Assembly: GCF_009914755.1 (NCBI RefSeq)
Contig: NC_060940.1
Source: the human T2T-CHM13v2.0 reference genome, Homo sapiens
Reading direction: 5' to 3' (one strand)
Length of the DNA stretch: 64,000 nt
Part shown: in pieces, positions 37,479-64,000 of the stretch
Position numbering within the stretch: the stretch's first letter is position 1
How the letters are laid out: every line of letters starts with the position of its first letter
Translations under genes and position numbers: made by a program
Notes under the pieces: generated by a model
The model's database searches: none
The model's input: only the letters and a program-made list of their open reading frames with translations
Told to the model about the DNA's origin: nothing

Positions 37479-37971
37479 GGAATTACAGGAGTGTTGGTGG
37501 CCGGTGGGCAGAGCCTAGCAGGGGGTGCAGCCGCCAAGGCCCGGGTGTCCCAGCTGTTGCTCAGGAGCCGTGGGCCCTGCAGGAGTATGGGGAGGATATG
37601 ATGTGTGGGGAGCAGGGGGGCAGGTGCCCCAGCCCTCCAGCTGCAGCTTCCTGAGGTTCTAGAAGTTTCTCAGGCTTTACAATGTGTAGTTGGGAGAATA
37701 CGATGGAAGGGTGAACCCGACTCCCTTCAAAGGAATGAATCCAAAAATCTAGTGGAGCTGCCGGGCACCCAGAGGCAGGTGGGACAGAGCAAGGTGCAGA
37801 CGGGTCACACCCTCCGCCGGCCCGGGCCGCTGCGTTCTCGCCCAGCTCTGTCGCGTATTCCAACACAGACATGTTTTTTCCCAGCAAAAATGCTGGCTTT
37901 GCCACAGCTGACAAAAAAATTCCAGAAGATGCCTTTCTGCAGCAGCACGCTGGTCCTGGGGCCCAGGCCCC

Positions 37972-53869
<15,898 letters not shown>

Positions 53870-54529
53870 TCAGGGCCCCCTGGCCCTACGGCCCCTTCTC
53901 CTGGGGCAAGTAGTCATCAGGCACAGCTGCCAAACGGGCATGAGGAGGGGCCTTCACCCATCGGCTCCGCCCCTGGGCAAGACTGCAGGCCATGCAGAGA
54001 GGTGCCCGTCACAAGTCCCACGGCCTTCCTAACCCCAAGAGGCAGGGGCCGGGTCCCATTAAAAGACAGAAGGATCTCTTATGCAGATCACCAGGCTCCT
54101 CCTCCTTTTTCCCTGCTCTAAGCGGCTGTCTGATCAGGAAATGTGGGCTTCCTGTGTTGCTTGCACACACAGGACCTGCTCTGAGACAAAGCCTCCTGCT
54201 CTCACCTGAGCCTGAGATTGCAGGGCCCCTGGTAAACCAGCCCTGCACAGCAGGGACCCTCACCCGACAGTCTGGCAGCCAAAGGGTGGAGCCTGGGGGA
54301 CGGGGTACAGGGCCCAGACCCTGACCCAGCCCTGGAACCTGGAGACAGGCCTGTCTCCCCAGGAGACGGTGACCCAGCCCACGCAGGGTTCTGCAGAGCC
54401 CTGGAGGTCTGCCGAGCAGAGGGCCCTGGAGGCAGGCCTGCAGACGGGCTGACCAGTGGGTCACGGGGGACAGCACCTTCCACCCCAGCCCTGTGCCCCA
54501 CTCTCGGGCAGTGAATTTTGTGTGTGTGA

Positions 54530-57462
<2,933 letters not shown>

Positions 57463-60068
57463 CACAACTGGAATCTTTAAAAAATCTCCCGATTGTGCAC
57501 ACCCTCTCCCGAGGCCCAGGTGTGGGGCTGGACAGGGCTGGGACCTGCCTCTACCTGCCCCGCGTGGCTCCTTTCCTCTCCCTTGTCCTGAAAACAACTG
57601 GTTCCTTCCGTCCACATCCAATTGCGGTGGAAAATCACAAACAAGCACAGGAATGTGGCAGCTGACTTGGGTCCCAGACGGGCTCCCCTGTGCTCTGAAC
57701 GCCCCGTCTCTCCCACGCGGAGGCCACCCGTGGGGAGCGGGAGAGAGCCCGCCCGTGGGGAGCGGGAGAGAGCCCGCAGGCCGGCCCTGGTTTTGCTCTG
57801 GTTCCTGGGGCCCATGTGTGACCGAGGACCCAGCCAGCACACCGTCAGATGCCCGCACTTCCATGTGCCCTGTCCTGGGCATTAAGTCTGCACCATGCGG
57901 GCCTTGGAGAAGCATGTGCTGTATGTGCGGCCACCAGTGGAGGCTGGACACGCCCTCCTACAGGCCCCTGCCTGCCAGGCCGAGGCTGCTGGGAGAACCC
58001 ACGGGAAGGGCGGTCACAGACCCGCCAGAAGCGTCCAGACCCAGGCGCTCTCTGCAAGCTCCTTCCACAGCCAGCCTCCTGCTCGAGGGCACCAGCCCCG
58101 CGTGATTCCCACATCCTCTCCGCGACGGCCGGCCAGGGCTCTCGGGACAGCCTCCACTCCGGTGTGGGGTTCTGGGGTTTGTGCATCTGACATAAATTCC
58201 AAGAAGTAAACACCCTCTTAGTTCCCATCCAAGTCTTGAGAATTTCCTGTTGTCCCGGCCAGTCTGTGGAGTCACCCACATCTGCACTTCATCAGCCCCG
58301 AGGCACTGGAACAAGAAGCAGATGGGCGGCAGGGGACGCAGCCTTCAAAGGTCCTGCAGAAGCTCTGCCGAGACCACTCTGTGTCAGGATGAGGGTGGCT
58401 GGCGAACAGCGGCTTGACGATCATGCTTGCCGAGGCCGCCCCCTCCCTCCGTGTCCCTGTTCTGTGCTAGGGCTCCCGCTCTGCTGGGTATATGGGAGCC
58501 GCAGGCACATATGTGGGAGGGGGCAGTGGGACTCCACCGTGACCAAGACCCCAAGCAACAGGGAGAGCAGGAGGGTGTGATGCACTGTGGGGGAAGCCCA
58601 CCGCCCAGCTGCGAGTCCCCTTACTGGGAGTCACCCCCCGAGAGCCACAGATCCTCCCAGGAGGGTCGCTCTTAACTTACATGCTGCTCCCAGGCCTTCC
58701 GCCCTCCCGCGCCCAGCCTGCCATAGCGCGCAGGGTTAGAAGCGGCGTGACAGCTGAGGGCACAGGGACCTGGAGCACCCCAGAAGTGCCAGGAGAGTGG
58801 AGGCCGATGCTGGCCTCTGCGAACCAGGACTTCTGGGGGTGCTGCCGCTGTGTAGGAGTCTGGCCGTGGCCTCCTCCCCACTCAACCTGAGGAAAGGACC
58901 AGAGCGGGCCGCTGAGACAATCAAACGTGTCCTCTGGGCTCTGAAACCCAGCATTGGCTTTTTGTTGGAAGTTAGCCATTTGAAGACTCCCGAAAGATTA
59001 ATGGTTTAGTTAATTAAGGAGGAAATAAATTCTTCCCCCATGGAAACTTTTGGGAGACTTCCCTTTCAAGGCCCCCTTCTGCACCGTGTGCTTAGGAACA
59101 CTGAGTGTTTGAGACACTGCACCCCCGTCCACCTCCGAGGAGCAGGGCACAGGCAGGAAGGGCTGGGGACATCCCCCCAGGGCCTTCCGAGCCACCCGGG
59201 AGAGTGGGGGCCGGCAGCACCACTGTGCCCCGCACGCCCCGTCAGGTTCCGGGGGCTGAGAACAGAAATAGAAACAGCAGCTTTTCCCTGGGCACAAGCC
59301 AAGGAAGAGGGGAAAGGAGAAACCTGACGGACACGTCTGCGACAAATCCCCGGGGAAAATCCCCCCCAGGCACGTCCCTCAGGAAGCCAGTGGAGAAACG
59401 CTTCTCAGGACCCAGCACGCACCACGGGCTGGTGAGGACGGAGCTGCTGCCTTTCTGGAACAGACACAGGGCGTGTGTGGGGAACCTTGCTTCACCTGTG
59501 GATATACAGAGCCACATGCCAACGTGTGAATGGAGACTGGTCCCAGGAAGTGGCAGCTCTCGGGACCGCCCTGAGCCAGGGCCCAAGCACGGGCAGTGCA
59601 AGGACAGGAAACGGTCAAAGCTCTGCTGTTACCACAGGCTGGGAACAGGACTCTCTGTCCCAGCACTGTCTTGGGCGTGTGCCCATGAACAGTTTGCACG
59701 GATGTGGGACACCTGCATTCACGAAGCTTTGGAGCCTGGGTAGGCTGGGAATCCCATGCTGGGTTTCGGGTCTCTGGAGATGGGACAGAGTAGGAGACCC
59801 TCTCGTGGTGTCTGCCCAGCTGGGCAGAATAATTCTGAGCAGAATAGACGAAGATGCTTCTGAGCTCCCTGGCAGCATAAGCTCTGCCCGAGAGCCTGAC
59901 CACTCACAAGGTGACCTGCCTAGTCCTGTCCCCAGCTGTGGGGGGTGACCGTTCCCATCAATAGCAGAGGTGGCCCAGGCCCCACGTGACATTCGCTCTG
60001 TCCCAGGCCCCGCTGAGAGCCCCACCCAGCACATCCAGAATCTTACCCTTCTTGCCACCTAAGAATGA

Positions 60069-60196
60069 CCTGGCCTCGAGGTCCTCCAAGTACAGGTCCC
60101 TGGCCCCGAGGTCCTCCAAGTACAGGTCCCTGGCCCCAAGGCCCTCCAAGTACAGGTCCCTGGCCCCGAGGTCCTCCAAGTACAGGTCCCTGGCCC
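60069..60196. repeat. 30-bp tandem repeat (cctggccccgaggtcctccaagtacaggtc), about 4.3 copies
   Basis: Near-perfect 30-bp periodicity. Confidence 0.93.
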
Positions 60197-61286
60197 TGCA
60201 GGTCTGGGTGAACTTGCTCCCTCCAGGCACACGGGTCTCTCCCCTTCCCAGCAATCCTGTGATATCTGCCCCCCTTTTGAGGGCAGCATTCCCGTGGCGG
60301 GGGCAGGCCTGGAACACACGGGCGGGGGGAGGCTTGTGGTTCCTATGGTCCTGGGGGTACCTATGGTCCTGGGGGCAACTGGATGGCTGGGGGGTGTGAA
60401 GTCCCCAGGGCAGGCAATAGTCGCTCAGTACCAGCCTCCAGGCCCCGGGGGCCACCAGGCTTAAAAGCAACAGGCGAGACGAGGGATCTGTCCCGCACCC
60501 GGCATCCCTGGCCTCTCCTCTGGGACAGGAAGATGGGGAGGGGCGGCAGGAGGTGGGCCTGGAGCAGGGCCTCAGAAGTCTCCTGGCCTTTCCCATCAGG
60601 AAGCACATCCTGTTGGTGTCTGGCTGCCGCGGCAGGGCCGCTATTTGTTGCGGTTGGCTACGCCTTCCAGCTCACCAAAAACAGTCTCAAAAACAACCAT
60701 TTCCTCTCTGCTGAGAGCCAGGGAAGGCGAGCTCTGCGCACACGGGCGTCCCTGCAGCAGCCACTCTGCTTTCCAGGACCGGCCAACTGCCCTGGAGGCA
60801 TCCACACAGGGGCCCAGGCAGCACAGAGGAGCTGTGAACCCGCTCCACACCGGCCACCCTGCCCGGAGCCTGGCACTCACAGCAGGCCGGTGCTAAGGAG
60901 TGTGGCGCGGGCTCGACTCCCACTGCTGCCGGCCTCCCGAGTGACTCTGTTTTCCACTGCTGCAGGCGAGAAGAGGCACGCGCGGCACAGGCCGGCCTCC
61001 GCTTCCCGGGAAGACGGCGCACTCCTGGCCCTGGGTTCTTGCTGCTGCCCACCCTCTGCTCCCTGGGATGGGCCCCGAGGCGAGCAGCTTCAGCACAGGC
61101 CTGGCCCTGCTCCAGGTGCAGGAAGGAGGATAAGGCCGGGCCGAGAGGCGGCACACCTGGACCATCCCATGGGCCTCCGCCCGCGCCGCCCCGAGGATGA
61201 GTGGTGATGTCCTCTAGCCACCCCTAGCAGCGTCGGCTCTCCCTGGACGTGCGGCCGCGGACTGGGACTTGGCTTTCTCCGGATAA

Positions 61287-61778
<492 letters not shown>

Positions 61779-64000
61779 TGAGTGGTGGCCCCACACACTC
61801 CTCCTGCTCAGCACAGAATCTGCCTCCAGCTCTTTTACACAGGAATTCATCTCAGGCATTTGGGGGGCCTCTCTGCCGTTACACATAGTTAAGAGATGGG
61901 TACATTAATCAAATCAAGGAAAGGCATTTTTCCTTGGTTGAAAATAATTATTACGGCTGGGCGCAGTGGTTCACGTCTGTAATCCTAGCGCTTTGGGAGG
62001 CTGAGGCGGGAGGACTGCTTGAGGCCAAGAGTTCAAGACGAACCTAGCCTACATAGCGAGAGACCCTGTCTCTGAACATAAAAAAAAAATGAAAATGCTC
62101 TTTCTTTACTCATGAGTAAAATAAACAAGAAGTTTAAAAATACACGGGTGAGTTCTGGCTTTGTTCTCACGGTTGTTGGGGTCTTTGAGGCAGAGAGCAG
62201 CAGCAGGATCCCCAGGGATGAGCTTCAGATGGGACGCTGGAAAGGAGACAGGGAGGCCAGGACGCTCGGAAGGGGACAGGGATGCTCAGTGGTTGCAGAG
62301 GAGAGGAAGGGGCTCAGAATGATGCCACCGCACCGTGGGGTTTGAGTGGCAGGTGTGAGGCTGCATAAATAGGAAGGCGCTTACAGCCCATGGGGTCATC
62401 TCAACAGTCACGGCACAGGGACACAAGGTCTCCCAAAGGCCGACTCTCTGAAACTGTCAGCAAGGTTTTGACTCGCAGACACCCCAAGTCTCTGCTGCAG
62501 AGCCTCACAGACTCGGGGTTGGACGCTCCTTCTGCTCTGAAGATAATGCTGGTCTCTGAGGCAGTGCCTCTGCTCCAGGCTTCCGAGGGAGTCCCGGAGT
62601 ACTGGGGTAACACACATCACGTGTGCCTCAACCACACAGCTCCATCCCCAACCTGCCGCGCTCAGAACCCTCAGCGGGGAATGTCATCCCCACTTCACAG
62701 GCAAAGAAACTGAGGCTTTGCAGAAGGCATGTGGCTTGGACAAGGTCCCACGAGGGAATTCAACCCCCTTGTCCACTCAAAGGCCCTCGGCTGCACCGCA
62801 CAGCCTGGACTGCGCACTTCCTCTCGCATCCTTCACCAGCAGGGACCAACAGCCGTCTTTTAAAAAGATCAAAGCCTATGAATAACTTCAAAGCTTCCAC
62901 CGGCTCTCAGAACTCGGTGTCTTATGGGAAGCCCGAGGCTTGGGTCTCCGCGTGACTCCGGCCAGGCGCCCTTCTTCCAGACTCTGCCTGCTCTGCTGAA
63001 GAAGGAGCCGCAGCCCCGTTACTGTGCTGAACCTCTCGCGGGGGCAGCGGCTTTAGGCCCCTGGAGGTGGGGCCGGGCGCTCATGTGCTTTGGGACCATC
63101 ACTGGCGTCCAGCCCACAGAGCACCCCCGGGGGAGGGAGTTCCCAGCCGGCCCTTGGCCGCAGCTCTGCACCTCCAGGCCTCCTAACTGCTGCCACCAAC
63201 ACCCACAGGTGGCCCAGGCAGCCCAATCTCAGGGCAGCTGGAAGCCTTGGCGCCCCTCCCTGTTGCTACCTCTTGCGTTCCTCCAGTCACAGGGCCGCGT
63301 GTAGCCTCTGGCACGACCTATGCATCCGTCCCAGGCGCCCGGCTGTCCACTTGCTTAGGCCTGCTCACCTCAGGCCAGCAGGACACACGAGGCCCCTCAC
63401 AGAGCCCCCTGGACTGCCTCCTGCTCACCTGCCTGCGTCCACTGCTCCTCCCTGAGCCCTGGTCAGCCCCTTGGACAATATTTACAACATCCTCCTGCAA
63501 CTTGTATGGCATCTGCAGGTGGCTGACCCTCAGTGAACCTGAGCAGCGAAGGTTTGTCCACACAAGGGAAGCGTCACGGAAGCTCCTTGTAAACGGGACT
63601 CAGCTCAGGAAAAGGAACAGGCTCAACGGGTAACTTTTCTTTAATTTTAAAATTTATTTTAAGACAGAGTCTTGCTCTGTCACCCAGGCTGGAGTGCAGC
63701 CACCACATCCCCCAAGGCCCCAACACGGGGACGCGCCCAGAGTCTCCCTTGGCCGTGCTGGTGTCTTCCTCCTGCCTCTCTCGCCTTCTCCTTCACCGAC
63801 GTCCATCTGCACTGGTGCCCACCTCTCCAAGCCCACGTGCTGCTCTCCCACGGGGTGGCCCCTCTGTCCACAGCAACATTCGCTGCCCCCACTCACGTGC
63901 ACCCATGTCCCCAATCGGGTGAGGGGCTGCTACCTGCCACCACTGCACATCAAGCTAGCCTATGAACCTTTCTGCAAAATCCTGCCGTGTGACCTAGGCA

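Noticed and set aside
60069-60196. CRISPR-like or coding repeat (ARDLYLEDLG)n
   Set aside because: Head-to-tail repeats without unique spacers in human DNA; open frames follow from a stop-free 30-bp unit.
60383-61207. 274-aa ORF upstream of TMEM204
   Set aside because: Low-complexity GC-rich product with no family signature, and its start likely precedes the transcript; only the terminal short uORF was kept.

Overview
Human genomic DNA from 16p13.3, very Alu-rich; a human-specific AluYb8 supports the species call. Left to right it holds: CLCN7 exon 1 and its CpG-island promoter (-); a processed RPS3A pseudogene (+); the complete 3-exon PTX4 gene (-); the complete TELO2 gene (+, non-coding exon 1 plus 20 coding exons, 837 aa); the last 12 exons of IFT140 (-), tail-to-tail with TELO2; and the first coding exon of TMEM204 (+), nested in the large IFT140 intron. 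Exon boundaries were derived by hand from splice signals. Their lengths sum to intact frames (PTX4 1437 nt, TELO2 2514 nt). I found no convincing new protein-coding gene or wholly new system, and nearly all ORFs in the supplied track are GC-rich, Alu or repeat artefacts. The most interesting items are: (1) a full-length AluYb8 with a TSD, probably a presence/absence polymorphism; (2) convergent TELO2/IFT140 polyA signals packed into one 16-bp inverted repeat; (3) a GC-AG first intron and a signal-peptide-less alternative first exon in PTX4; (4) a re-splicing (AG|GTGAG) site at the start of in-frame TELO2 exon 14; (5) a (UG)-rich minisatellite abutting a TELO2 donor; (6) an Alu-flanked in-frame IFT140 exon 27-30 block; (7) a uORF cluster in the TMEM204 leader; (8) an unexplained repeat-poor island at about 8-9.8 kb with NF-kB/AP-1 sites and splice signals. 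Comparisons to reference sequences are from memory and need checking.
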